DNA from: Lytechinus pictus
Taxonomy: Eukaryota
Assembly: GCF_037042905.1 (NCBI RefSeq)
Contig: NC_087252.1
Location: 14,882,001 to 14,946,000 of the forward strand
Reading direction: 5' to 3'
Length of the DNA: 64,000 bases
The first letter of the stretch is position 1; each line of letters opens with the position of its first letter. The notes below the pieces were generated by a model. That model did not search any database, had not been told where the DNA came from, and was given only the letters and a program-made list of their open reading frames with translations. The translations under genes were made by a program, and so were the position numbers. Shown piece by piece: positions 13,488 through 26,074 of the stretch.

Positions 13488-14789
13488 CCCGGGGAGGGGC
13501 CACTTACATTGACGAGTTGATACCATGCGCGACCAAAAAAAAACGTAAAAAGGATGTCTTTTTCAAGATAGGGCAAGTTACGTACGTAACGTGATAAGGG
13601 TGTCAAAAACACAAAAATATCGAAAAAAAGGTATCTATTTCGCTCGGGAAAATATACATGTTTAGTTTTTTAGTGTTTTTTACGTGTTTTAGTTTTTTGT
13701 TTTATACGTGGTCAAATATGCGGGGATGATAAAACAAAATCAAAATGTTTTATAAAGGATGTCCTTTTTGCCCCAACACTACGTGTTTAGAGTTCGATTT
13801 GCGCGAGGTGTGGAAGCTGGGCGCCGTACTAAATCAAAATAATACTGTGTAAAGGTAAAACCGACGACCGACGGACCCGTGACATAACAATAAAATATCG
13901 CTGTACTTGTTTAGGGGTTCATTTCAGGGAATACTTGCCAAGAGTATCGTTTTGTTTTCAATACTTGTTAAAGGAGAATGAAACCCTTGAAACCAGCTGA
14001 ATCCATATCAAAGAGAAAAATCAAAGAAACATATTGTTGAAAGTTTGAGGAAGATTGAATGAATAATAAGAAAGTTATGAGCATTCGAATATTGAGATCA
14101 CTAGTGCCATGTAGATCCTCCCAACGGCAATGCGACCAAGATCTGTGAAATCACACACGTACAACTCCCTCATTACTTTAGGACTTATTTCACTTATATT
14201 CTCACTTTTATAGAGTCTATCACAAGGTGAGGTGTTCTCTTTATGAGATGACAAGTACAGAGGTTTCACAACATTATATAATTGATGAATCGTTTGTCAT
14301 ATGATTAGAATGAGTAAAAAGAGATGTTTTGGGGTATATTTTCAGTGTCCAAATGGGAGAGTTGTACGTGTGTGACATCACAGATCTTGGTCGCATTGCC
14401 AATGGGAGGATCTCCATAGCATTAGTGATCTCGACATTCAAATGCTCATAACTCTTTTATTGCTAGTCCTATTTTACTCAAAGTTTTGTTGATCTTATTC
14501 TTTGATTTTTCTGCTTTCACAAAAGCTAACTTGCTCCAAGAGTTTCATTCTCCTTTAAGGGGTGCATTTTCGGAATATTGAAAATACATCGCTGTACTTG
14601 TTTAGGGGCTCAATTCTGGGAATACTTGCCAATAGTATTTGTGTCCAATACTTGTTAAGGGTAGTGTTTCACATGCCAATACTTGTTAAGGGGTGCATTT
14701 TCACAATATGGAAAATACGTGTTTAGGTTGCTTTTCAAGACCCCGTGGTCGCGCATGGTATCCACTCGTCAATGGAAGTGGCCCCCGGG
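13488..14789. mobile_element. CCCGGG-terminal MITE with nested Kolobok-like MITE
   Basis: TIR ...CCACTTACATTGACGAGT(T/G)GATACCATGCGCGACC; TSD CTAAATGG/CCAAATGG; copies at 25102-25659 and 43231-43858. Confidence 0.85.
13972..14554. mobile_element. Kolobok-like MITE, family 3 (nested)
   Basis: TTAA|AGGAGAATGAAAC ... GTTTCATTCTCCT|TTAA; long TIRs. Confidence 0.85.
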
Positions 14790-14965
14790 CCAAATGGGTG
14801 ATTAGATTTCCAATTGCGGGGGGGGGGAACCACTTCCATTGTCGAATTGATACCAGGTGCGACCATGGGGTTTCGAAAAATACCCTAAACAAGGGAAGCA
14901 AGTTTTTTCCAGATTATGAAAATGCAGTATCTCTTAAGTATTTGGCGTGTGAAACCTACCCTTAA

Positions 14966-15558
14966 AGGTCAAGTCCACCCCAGAAAAAATTTGATTTGAA
15001 TAAATAGAGAAAAATCATATTAGCATAACACTCAAAATTTCATCAAAATCAGATGTAAAATAAAAAAGTTATGACATTTTAAAGTTTCGTTTATTTTTCA
15101 CAAAATAGTGATATGCACAACTCAGTGACATGCAAATGAGTCAGTCGATGATGTCCATCACTCACTATTTATTTTGTTTTTTATTGTTTGAATTATACAA
15201 TATTTCTTAATGATTTGACCATAGGGACCGACTTGACTGAACCATATAGTATTAAACAGTGCTAATTCCATGTGTATAGGGAGGAATTAATCACTGTTTC
15301 ACAATGAGGAGAAAATAAGAATATTTCATATTTCATATAATAAAATACAAAAGAAATAGTGAGTGGATGACGTCATCAGTCTCCTCATTTGCATACCGAC
15401 CAGGATGTGCATACAACCGTTTTGTGAAATTGAGCGAAACTTTAAAATGTCATAACTTTCTTATTTTACATCCGATTTTGATGAAATTTTCAGTGTTTTG
15501 CTTGTTAGATTTTTCTCTTTTTATTCAAATATTTTTGTTATTGGGGTGGACTTGTCCT
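14966..15558. mobile_element. Kolobok-like MITE, family 1
   Basis: TTAA TSDs, AGGTCAAGTCCACCCC / GGGGTGGACTTGTCCT. Confidence 0.9.
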
Positions 15559-15707
15559 TTAACAAGTATTGGAAATTTTACCGAAAAGACGAAATATATC
15601 CCTTTTTTCACGATTGACAGATTATTTATGTGAAACTATGCTTTAGGTCAAGGACGTAGCACACTTTGCATGCTTTCACGTTATTTTCATTATTCATTTT
15701 TCATTAG

Positions 15708-16078
15708 GTAAGAAGACTACCCCGAAAACCAATCTGGCAAAGAAACGGGAACTGGACTCGCCTACTATACCTACCGCGGACGCCACTCCAGCTAAAAAGA
15801 AACCAAGAGCAAAATCCAAACTCGAAGCAGAGAAGATGAAACTTAAACGGTTGAAAGCAGATCAGGACGTTTTGCGTAAAAGGCAGAAGGAGATAGATAA
15901 AGATATTGACCAGAATAGTAAGGAGTTAGAAAAGACTCAGAACGTTTTAAAGAAATTGATGGAGCAGGAAATACAAGATGATATGAAAAAAATTGAGAAA
16001 CGTAAAAAGGAGCTCGATAAATTGAGTTTACCTGGAGGAAGTACATCTCAGAAGTCCACATCCAATACAAACTCATAA
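15708..16078 (+). CDS. Gene A terminal coding exon: bipartite NLS plus coiled coil
   Basis: Acceptor TTTTTCATTAG| in phase 1, matching the 6814 donor; open frame KKTTPKTNLAKKRELDSPTIPTADATPAKKKPR...MKLKRLKADQ...TNS*; paralogous to 42709-43166; AATAAA at 16163. Confidence 0.75.
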
Positions 16079-17737
16079 TTTCCTTTATACATTTATACTT
16101 GATCCTGTATTTCTAAATATTCCATTAACTTCTGATGCCTCACTTTCAGTAATAATGATTGTAATAAATAATTGTAAGTTTTGTTATGACACTATTACTA
16201 TTAGTTTTACACTTACATATATATGAAATGAATTGTCGTCAAATTTATCACACATGACACATCCACCCTACTGATTTATTTCATTGAATTTATTCATAGA
16301 ATTTTCCCCCGTTCCAACTCAACTATATTTCTTTTCTTTTTTCCACATTGTAATAACAGATTAAACGACGATAACAAATGTTGTAAATAGCTCTTACTTG
16401 AATCTAATGTGTTTCACATGTTCCCACATGCACCTCCCTGCTTCAATTGCTTCGATGTTTGTTTCTTTTTAAATATATCTAAATGTGTATTGATGACATT
16501 TTAATCTCTCGAAAGTCTCTGAAAACTTTTTGGCTCTAGGCAACTGCCTTCATTTTATATGTTTATCATTCTGTATTTGTTCTAGTATTAGTAAGGAAAC
16601 TGAAATTGGGAGCGCTTTTTGCCATTCGGGAAAAGTGTGTTATAAATATTGGGTATTGATAAGATGTATTTTTATTCATTTCATTTTTTTGTAAATTGTA
16701 AACTATCGACCGTTGATGGGAGAGCCTTTAATATGAACTAGTGTCCTTTTGGCTTTTCCTGGTCATGGGTCAATGGGTCTTTTGATGTTCGAATATTCAT
16801 GATGACTCTGGAGATGAAAATAACTATATCTAGATGAATAAAGTTTAAAGTCATAGAGCAATATGCTGAAAATTTCATCAGAAATCTGATAAGAAAGTTT
16901 AGTACAAGTTAATTCATTTTGTGTAAGTGCATTTATACCTTTTGTTCAAATTTTGATTTACACAATTTCAATTTTCAATAAGTTCAATAAATGTACATTA
17001 TTCAATTACGACTCTAAATTTAGAAACGCAAATGAAATACATTGGTATTCAAAAGTATAATCAAGTTTGTTTATCTTGGCTTGCCGAACATTGTAGTGTT
17101 GTTGTTCAATTCAACACTCAGCATGAAGGAGTGCAATTTTGTGGTGGGGTTCACCAGCTTTATAGCACAAAATACCTGCAATGTCGAAATTTATTTTATC
17201 TTCAATACGAAAATTTTTAACCTTGAAAACTGGTTAGATAAAGCCACATTCAACCACATTTATACTTTTGAATGTATATACGTGCAAAATATTTAGATGT
17301 AAATCGTATTTTTATGTAAATTTGCATTATTAGTATTCGGACTGCTACATTGTTCATGTGTGTAATAGACTCATATTGAATTGAATTTTAAAAATAGAGA
17401 ATTTACTGAATTTGAAAATTAAGAAAGATTTCGTGAAAACACTTTCGTGCTCGCCAGTACGAATATTCTTGAAGGTGGGCTGATCATATTACTTAGCGTT
17501 AATTCTTTAACTTAGACTTGTTATATATTCTTTAAATCATCTTCATTCGTCGAATAAGTAATAATAATTATGATATATTGATATCTATGATAACAATAAT
17601 AGTAATGATAATAATAGCAATGGTACTTTCATGAACACTTTGTTTCATTGTTTTCGTCTCCTTACAATGAGATGCTGGAGAATGATTGAGCTTGACCATG
17701 TTGGCATTTCATTCATTTTGAAAGATCGAAAGTTTAA

Positions 17738-18306
17738 AGGTCAAGTCCGCCCCAGAACAATATTGATTTGAATAAAAAGAAAATAATTAAAACAAGCACA
17801 ACACTAAAAAAAAATCATCAAAATGTAAAATAAGAAAGTTAGGGCATTTTAGAATTTCGTTTTTTTTTCACAAAATAATTATAAACTCAACTCAGTGACA
17901 GGGAGTGACAGAGTCGATGATGTCCCTCACTCACTACTGTATATTTTTTTATCATTGCTTGAATTTTATATTTTGTTTCTTTTTTAACGATGTGACATTT
18001 ATTTAAAGACCGACTTGACTGAACCATAAAATGTTGAACAATGAAAATTCTACATTTTCAGGGAAGAAAGAAAGAATGTTTTATATGATAAATTACAAAA
18101 GAAGTAGTGAGTGGGTGACGTCATCAGTCACCTCATTTGCATACTCATCAAAATGTGCATATAACAATAGAGTGAAATTAAGAAAAAAAAATTCAAAATG
18201 TTATAACTTTCTTATTTGACATATTTTAATGAAATTTCCAGTGTAATGTTTGTTAGATTTTTTCTCTTTTTATTCATGTCAACTTTTTTGGGGGTGGACT
18301 TGTCTT
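17738..18306. mobile_element. Kolobok-like MITE, family 1
   Basis: TTAA TSDs; absent at the homologous site in copy B (about 61325). Confidence 0.85.
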
Positions 18307-18663
18307 TTAAGACACTCAGAGAAAGAATGAATGTGCGGGTATTAAATAAAGCATAGACTTATAATAGCACCGGACGCTCTTCCGTCGCGCGAGCTACCAG
18401 AGAAGAGGAGTATCAATTCATATACCGTGTGAGTAAAAAAAAATGACACCCCCTTCCCCAATCCCCGATTGAAGAATAAAATATATCATGAAGACATAAT
18501 CATTACGTATGGCTGAAAATGGTACCTTCTCCCAATTAATTTGATGCCATATTTGTGAGATATGCACTCACCCTTCGATAATCAGTAGGCATTCTTTGCA
18601 TTGGTGTCAATTTTGATTTGCGCCACAGAAGAGCACGGCTGCAATTAATGAATCCAGATGTTG

Positions 18664-19505
18664 GGGTCCGACCACTTGACCGAAAGTCCGCGAGGCTGAG
18701 GGTCCGCTAGACCGAGGGTCCGCGAGACCGAAGACCCGCGAGACCGAAGGCCCGCGAGACCGACTTTTTTCCCTTCATCGGTTGCCGCGGTCGAGTGCTT
18801 TAAGACGCCTCGTTGCAGCGGCGTAACAGGTGCCTGTTATCGGGAAGGGGGGCCAAATAATTCCCGGTAACTAAATAGAATCAGTAGCGTTGCTAGGATT
18901 TCATTTTAGGGGGCGGTGGTGAGCACGCGAATCGCGCGAAACACGTACTGCGCGCACGAAACGTCTCTGGGGGGGGGTGCAGGGAGGGGATGTTTCTGCT
19001 ATAAACTAACGATGCCTTATTTCACTGACTCTACTTAATCATTAACTCTACTCATTTAACGTTTATTTTTATGGTAATTCTGCTTCATTATCTTGTGCAT
19101 TTAATGTTTAACAAGAAAACTGGAAATATTATGGAAATACAAACACCTGGAACATTGAACCTTCATTATGGGCAATCCTATCTTAGCTTTTTTTTTTCAT
19201 TTAAACAGAATAATAAGAAGAACAAGAAGGTGAAAGAAAAGAACGTACATTAATACCTGTCCTCGGGAGAATGGTCCTTCGGGGGAGTTTTCATTGGGGA
19301 GTTATCATGGGGCAGTCGCCCTCCGGAGGAGTAGTCCTCTCGGGGAGTTCTACTAAAACCCGTTTTTTATTGGTGTTGTTACTATTTTTGTTATCATGAT
19401 ATCAGCAGCTGCAGCAGTAGTAGAAGGAGAAGTCGTAGTAGTAGTAGTTGTTGTTGTAGTAGTTGTAGTAGTCGTATTCATATTCGTAGTAGTAGTAGTA
19501 GTAGC

Positions 19506-19540
<35 letters not shown>

Positions 19541-20994
19541 CAGTTATATTATTACCGTTGTTTTTATCATTATAATTATTATTATTACTATCATTTAAAT
19601 TGTTAACATTATTTGGCATTTTTGTTTTGCTTTGTTTTGTTTCATTTTGTCTCCTTTGTTTTATTCATCACTTTAGTTTATTCAATTAATTTTTAAAACC
19701 GACACTCCAAATAAATGGATGAATATTTTTCTAATAACAGACAACGTTTTATAAACAGTCCTGTATGTTAAAGTTATGTCTCTGAAATCTAGATGAAGAA
19801 AACATGGTAGGTGAGGGAAATGATAATAAAAAATGGCCGTAAAAAGGAAGGAAAATTAATTAATAAAAGCGCCGAGTTCACCTAGAGCATAGAGAAAAGA
19901 CGTAGACAAAAATTACGAAGAAAAAAAGAAGCGAAATTATAATTAAAGAGAACAGAGAAGGAGAGAGAGAGAGAGAAGGGGGGTCAAGAGGAACGATAGG
20001 AGAAATTGAAAGTAAAAAGAGCTGTAAGAAAAGTACAAAGGAAAAGAACTGGGAAGAATATCCAATTTATTTTTTTGAAATGTGCTCTGTGTCTATCAGT
20101 GTGTGGGATGAGTGTGTGCGTTTCTAAAAAAAAAATCTCGAAATTTGCAACAGCCCACTTCGGATGCGGCGCCAGTGTATTTGGGTTCATCAGTCTAATT
20201 GTAACATTTTTTGGTTTCACCTCTGTTGTGTAGATTTCTTCAGAGACTATGGTATGATTTCGTTATAGACGATAAAGTGAGAGAGGGGATGGGGTGTCCG
20301 ATTTCGTAGTATTATGAAAATCATTTTTGCAAACCATTCCCAGTCTAATAATACTCCAGCAGAAGCTGAAATGTTATAAAATTGATATGAAAAAAGGGAA
20401 TCTATTAATGAATAGTTGAATAAATGAATGAATAACAAAAATTTACAATTATATGTATTAATTGATTACAACTTCGTAGCCAAAATAAAGCCACCCCCCC
20501 CCCCAAAAAAAAAAGGGGGGGAGGGAAACGTGAGCGAGAAAATAAAAAGGTATAGGAGAACGTAAGACGAGCGAGAGCAGACAAGGGACAATTCGAAGAA
20601 AACGTCAGAGCTTCCGTGCTTCGCGCGGGAAGGGGAAAACTCCCCTTAAAATATGGATCGCCTTTCGCGCGCTCATTATTAAGTCATTCTCACACTTCGC
20701 GTGCTCACCACCGCCCCCTAACATGCCTAAAATGAAATCCTAGCAAAGCCACTGATTCTGGACTTACTTACCGGGATTTTTTTTTTTTTTTTTTTTTTTT
20801 GCACTGCCCCCCCCCCCCCCCCCCTCTGATAACAGGCACCTGTTACGCCGCTGCAACTAGGCGCCTTAAACCACTCGACCGCGGCAACCGATGAAGGGGG
20901 GAAAAAAGTCGGTCTCGCGGGCCTTCGGTCTCGCGGACCCTCGGTCTAGCGGACCCTCGGTCTCGTGGACCCTCGGTCTAGCGGGCTGTCACCC
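18664..20994. mobile_element. Mutator-like foldback element with about 270-300-bp TIRs
   Basis: Arms 18664-18931 and 20697-20994 are inverted, with ~17-bp GAGACCGA(G/A)GG(T/C)CCGC subrepeats; 9-bp TSD CAGATGTTG/CAGATGTCA. Confidence 0.8.
19413..19590. repeat. (GTA)n/(ATT)n microsatellite
   Basis: Directly visible. Confidence 0.9.
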
Positions 20995-22859
20995 CAGATG
21001 TCAATGATGTCATAATCCTACATGAGATAGTAAGCATATTGTTTGCAAATCCATTTTCAATGAAATCAACTTGAATGTTGATACTTAAAATTGTTTATTA
21101 ATCAATTATAGGTCCTTATGTAAATTTAATACTGAAAAAGTGTTTTGAAATGGATCTTGATGTAACTCTTGTAGGATTATATTATCATTGACATATGGAT
21201 ATATTCATTGCACTCATGTGTTATACTTCAATGGCGCAAATCTAAATTTACATCACTGCAAAGAATACCTCCTGACTCATCCAAGCATCAATACATGCAA
21301 CAAATATGGTATCAAAGTATTTAGGAGAACATACTATTTCAGGCCATATCGTATTCAGGACATTTTTTCCCCTTTTTTGGAGGTGTCAATTTTTTTTTTT
21401 TACTCACACGAGTGTCTGTGGCATCTTGCAAATAGCTGCTCAAAAGGATTGTATACAAAAGAATCATTATATTCTCCATTATCTATAAAGTTTGTGCTCG
21501 TCACTTTTTGAAATCGCATGATGTGTCAAATGCATTTTTATTTTGAAATTTGATAACGGTCACGTGAAAATTTAGTCCAAATTACAGGGAAACTCTGGAA
21601 TATCATGATTTCAGATTTAGATAATATTCATTTGCCAGTTTCGGGTTAGTTGTCTGCGACTTAAGGGATACTCTGGGATGAAATAAATACAACTTGATAT
21701 TGAACGGATAAAGTAAAATCAAACAAACACAATAGTAAAAAAATTCATCACTATCGGTCAAGAACGATAAAGTTATGACATTTGATCTTTTTGCAATATT
21801 TCAGTGAAACAGTTTTACCCATAGTTCATGAATACAGCACACTATTAAAAAAAGTTTACCCAATATTAGGTAAAATGGGAACATGCATGTTCGTTTGGTA
21901 AAAAAGCAGATTGTGTCATTTCCCCCACTTGATTCTTTTACTTGTCTTCGAACTGCTGCAGTGCACGTATGTAATAAAGCGACATTGAACTGAATTAAAA
22001 AATAACTTTATCGAATGTGAAAATTTGGAAAGCTTTTGTGAAAACACCTATATTCACGCCGGCAAGATTATTCTTTAAGATGGGCTGATCATATCATTTA
22101 CTGTTTACTCTTTGCTTTGAAGAAAGAATTATTATGTATTCTTTGAACTATATCCGTTGTCTTTGTTATATTTTCTTTTGCCGAATAGGTAAAGATAATA
22201 ATTGTGATAATAATATCAAAAATAGTGATAATTGTAATAACAATACTTATAATGATAATAATTAAAATGGTGGTTTCATTAACACGTTGATTCTCTGTGG
22301 TTCATTGTTGTCTTCTCCTTATATGGATGTTTGAGAATGATTGCGACTGACATTTCCTGTAGTTTTGTAGATTGATTTCTTAAGGAAACACAGAATGAGA
22401 ATGTATTTTTCAAAAATCTTAGACTTATTGTCGAATTCTCTTTCGTCGCAAGAACTACCAGAGTCGAAAGTATCGGTTGCGATACTTTCTGCGGCAACTC
22501 GCATATAGCTGTTGAACACGATGTCATACAAAGTATCATCATTTGACATTTTAAATTTTCTACAAGTTTAGTGAGTTAGTGCTCGTCAATTTTTTAAATC
22601 ACATTTGCGTAAAGTTCATTTTATTTTGAAATTTGATGACGGTCAACTGAAACTTTAGTGATTTATTTTAAAGACAACATGTTAACGATGGAATATCTTT
22701 TTAAATCTTTTTTTAGATTTAGATTTCATTTAATATGAAAAAATATGAAAAACTCAAAGTAGAATTAAACAATGCAAAATGACATAATATGCTTACATGT
22801 GCTAATAAATAAATGCAATTTATACATTCATATAAGGAACAACATAACAACAATAATAA

Positions 22860-23100
22860 AAATAACATGCAACATTTATATAGCGCTTAATAAATATATT
22901 TCTAAGCACTGCATACTATTACCCAAGCTTCAGTACGGCTACCCTGATTGGACGCTCGAACATTCAAGGAATTCCTTCCTACCGAGTACCCATTTACTAC
23001 ACCTGGGTGAAGAGTGGCAAGTGTAGATAAACGCCTTGACAAATGATGTGATTGCTGCTGTGGGATTTGAACCCCGAACCTTGTGGGGCAAGGTAAGAGG
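22860..23100 (-). mobile_element. SINE fragment
   Basis: GGTTCAAATCCC B-box on the minus strand, CCCAGGTG...AATGGGTAC core, AGCGCTATATAAAT tail; related + strand fragment at 27285-27455. Confidence 0.55.
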
Positions 23101-23350
23101 GAACCAAAACGATTAAAATTTTGTAGGCAGTTGTCGCTATACAAAAATCACATAAACAATTCCAATAGACAAAATTATTGTACACATGGTTCAGTTTGTC
23201 ATTACAAAATATGATGCTATGTGAAGGCTTGTATTAAAATTATACGGAGACTCTGGAAATAGAAAAACCAGTTGCAACTGCCGACTTATTCAAGTTTAAA
23301 GCTAATACCTCTGGGGTTTTAAGAGCGAATGAATACACTTTTGAAATGGC

Positions 23351-24298
23351 TGCCAAATAGAAATATATATATCACTTTGGGGGGGGACTTGTATATATAG
23401 AAAGCCAATTAAGTCAACTTTCAAATGACGCCATGAATTTGGAAATCTATTCATGCTTGGGTGAGCACTACTTACTTAAACAAAGGGTATGAAAATTGGG
23501 CTGGGCAGGAATTAGTCTTCCAATTGTTTCAGTTTTTGAGAGGCGTGTCCAGGGTCTTTTGATAAGTTTATGATCAATCCTGATCAAATGTTGTTGTTAA
23601 ATCAAATTTCATAAATCATTAATTTGAAATTTAATGCATGAATGAACATGAATGGCAATTTTCAGTGCAGTATTTCAGCTTTAACAGTTGATGGGGGTGA
23701 GATAGGACTTAAGTGGGTGAAGTAGGTTAATAAGATAGGGGAAAGCGGGGTAAAACGGACCTTTGGGTAAGACGAACCCATCCCGTGCCTGAATGACATT
23801 ATTGCGTAATTCGTTGGACCTGACCAAAGAGGGGTAGAGAGGGAGGGAGGGGTGGCTAAAATAATGTTCTGTTGACCCTTATCCAATCAACCTATACCTA
23901 ACCCACTTATCTCATCCCCTATGATCCTCCCGATTCCCATTAACACACTGGTAAGATCCATCATGATAAAATTAAAATGATGTACATTAAATTGCAATTT
24001 ATGTTAACTCAACATTAAATTTCAATTCAATAATTCATGAACTTTGCTTTAACAACCAAAGTCGATCACGATGGATCACTAATTTTATCAATTATGCCCT
24101 CAAACTTGCAAGTTCCAAAGGATTCGCCTCTCAAAAACTGAAAGAAATTGGAAGGCTAATTTCTGCTCAGCCTAATTTTCATACCCTTTGTTGAAGTGGG
24201 CAGTACTCTCTCAAGAATGAATAGTTTCCTAAATATCTGGTGTCATTTGAAAGTTGGCTTAGAAATTTCCCCAAAAGTGATATAGTTATTGTTTGGCA
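23351..24298. mobile_element. Long-TIR MITE (Tc1/mariner-like)
   Basis: 23351-23700 is inverted relative to 23950-24298 (e.g. TTTTTGAGAGGCG / CGCCTCTCAAAAA, CAACTTTCAAATGAC / GTCATTTGAAAGTTG). Confidence 0.7.
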
Positions 24299-24718
24299 CA
24301 GGAGAGGAAGTATGATTTTTCAACCTTTTACTTCCTTCTATTTCTTGTTATTATTGTTCTGCGCTCAATTTTGATGGTTATTTGGAGGCATGCAAAGCAG
24401 CAGCTGAAGCTGAATAAAGTCTCTGAACTGTGAAATATTGGTGTGATAGCTTGCGGTCCAAAGGGCAACTTCTTTCATACTAACCCAAAGTAAAAACTTA
24501 CAACATTTTAAGGGAATTAGATTTTAATTCCAGTCTTCAGAACAAGGCATCATTTCAAATTCAAAACATAAAGTGTGGATATGAGCATTCAATAAAGAAC
24601 AGAAATCACTTGTTGAATTCATCAAGAATAAAACATTCGATATTTTAGATATGATATCTAACTTGCAAAACAATCGAGTCATGCAATACCTCCAGAACAA
24701 AGCAGTCTGCTCTGTTAC

Positions 24719-24841
24719 CAGTGGCGGACCGTGACCCGGAGGAGACAAAGCATTGTGGAGGGGGGGCACAGCATTGTTCACAGACAATGCAGTGCCCCCC
24801 CCCCAAATGCTTTGTCTCCTCCAGGTCACAGTCCGCTACTG
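24719..24841. mobile_element. 123-bp fully palindromic hAT-like MITE
   Basis: Perfect 8-bp TSD TCTGTTAC; the whole element is a hairpin CAGTGGCGGAC...GTCCGCTACTG. Confidence 0.9.
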
Positions 24842-25101
24842 TCTGTTACTGTTTTAAACTTTAGTCCGGAAGTTCTTTCATTTCTATTTCTCGATTTCTT
24901 TGAATTTGGAACCTGACTTGAAAAACTTGTAGTGTACACTACTCGTTGACCGTCTAACATGATTGAAGTCCTTTGAAGTTCGCCCTAATCAAACTTGACT
25001 CGCGTACATGTAGGCCCAGACTTTTCATCATAGTTTACACCTCTACTCCTTCACTCAACGGACGTTACCGCCCACCAGACTGATGTATCCTTGTCCCGAA
25101 C

Positions 25102-25659
25102 CCCGGGGGGGGGGGCCACTTACATTGACGAGTGGATACCATGCGCGACCAAAAAAACACGTAAAAATTATGTCTATTTCACGATAGGGCACGTTACGTA
25201 CGTAACGTGATAAGGGTGTCAAAAACACAAAAATAATGAAAAAAGGGTATCTATTTCGCTAGGACAATTACGTGTTTAGGGTCGAATTTGCGGGGATGAT
25301 AAAACAGAATGAAAATGTTTTATAAAGGATGTCCTTTTTGCCCAACACTTCGTGTTTAGAGTCCAATTTGCGCGAGGTGTAGAAGGTGGGGTCGTACTAA
25401 ACCAAATAAGGTAAAGCCGACGACCGAAGGACCCGTAACAATAAAACATTCCTGTACTTGTTTAGGGGTTCATTTCAGGGAATATTTGCCAAGGGTATCG
25501 TTTTGTTTCCAATACTTGTGAAGGGTAGGGTTTCACAGGCCAATTCTTGTTAAGGGGTGCATTTTCAGAATATGGAAATTACGTGTTTAGGGTGCTTTTC
25601 GAGACCCCATGGTCGCGCATGGTATCCACTCGTGAATGGAAGTGCCCCCCCCCCCCCGG
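25102..25659. mobile_element. CCCGGG-terminal MITE (same family as 13488)
   Basis: Same TIRs; TSD TCCCGAAC/CCCCGAAC. Confidence 0.85.
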
Positions 25660-25891
25660 CCCCGAACAGACTCCCCCCCCCCCCCTTTAAAGACACACAC
25701 AACCCCACTCACAATCACCCACATCGCACACACCCTCACATCCCAGACAATGTCATTTTGTCACCATTCACGAAATAAAATAATTTCCTGGTGTAAGGAG
25801 TGTTTTACTGCATATTCAACTCATGCTTGAATACCTCGCTGAACTTCGCTTTATTTTGGCAAAAGTACTGAATCACATTGAATTGGCGAGT

Positions 25892-25901
25892 GGGGAATCC
25901 C
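25892..25901 (+). promoter_or_regulatory. NF-kB consensus site GGGGAATCCC near putative exon 1 of gene B
   Basis: Same position as 2541-2550 within the duplicated block. Confidence 0.55.
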
Positions 25902-25909
25902 AGAAAGTG

Positions 25910-26074
25910 GCACAACACTTCAATCCAGCAAAGACTAGTGGGTCGGAGTGTGATCCCCATTGATATTCTGGTAGGGCAGACGTAAACCAGGACCATCCGC
26001 AAACTTTGGTGAATTCGACCATTCTTTTGAGCTTTATAAAGGCCTATACATCTACCAACAAACCACCAACCATA
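25910..26074 (+). other. Putative non-coding first exon of gene B (start approximate)
   Basis: Homologous to 2560-2697; conserved GTAAGTCGA donor at 26075. Confidence 0.45.

Larger units (their letters stand above)
18425..21411. mobile_element. Tc1/mariner-like long-TIR MITE hosting a nested element
   Basis: TIR CGTGTGAGTAAAAAAAAAATGACACC / GGTGTCAATTTTTTTTTTTTACTCACACG plus inner TIR; homolog without the nested insert at about 61445-61932. Confidence 0.7.

Noticed and set aside
19353..19619. Thr/Asn-rich ORF (also the poly-Ile ORFs at 35681 and 36711)
   Set aside because: Trinucleotide microsatellite artefacts
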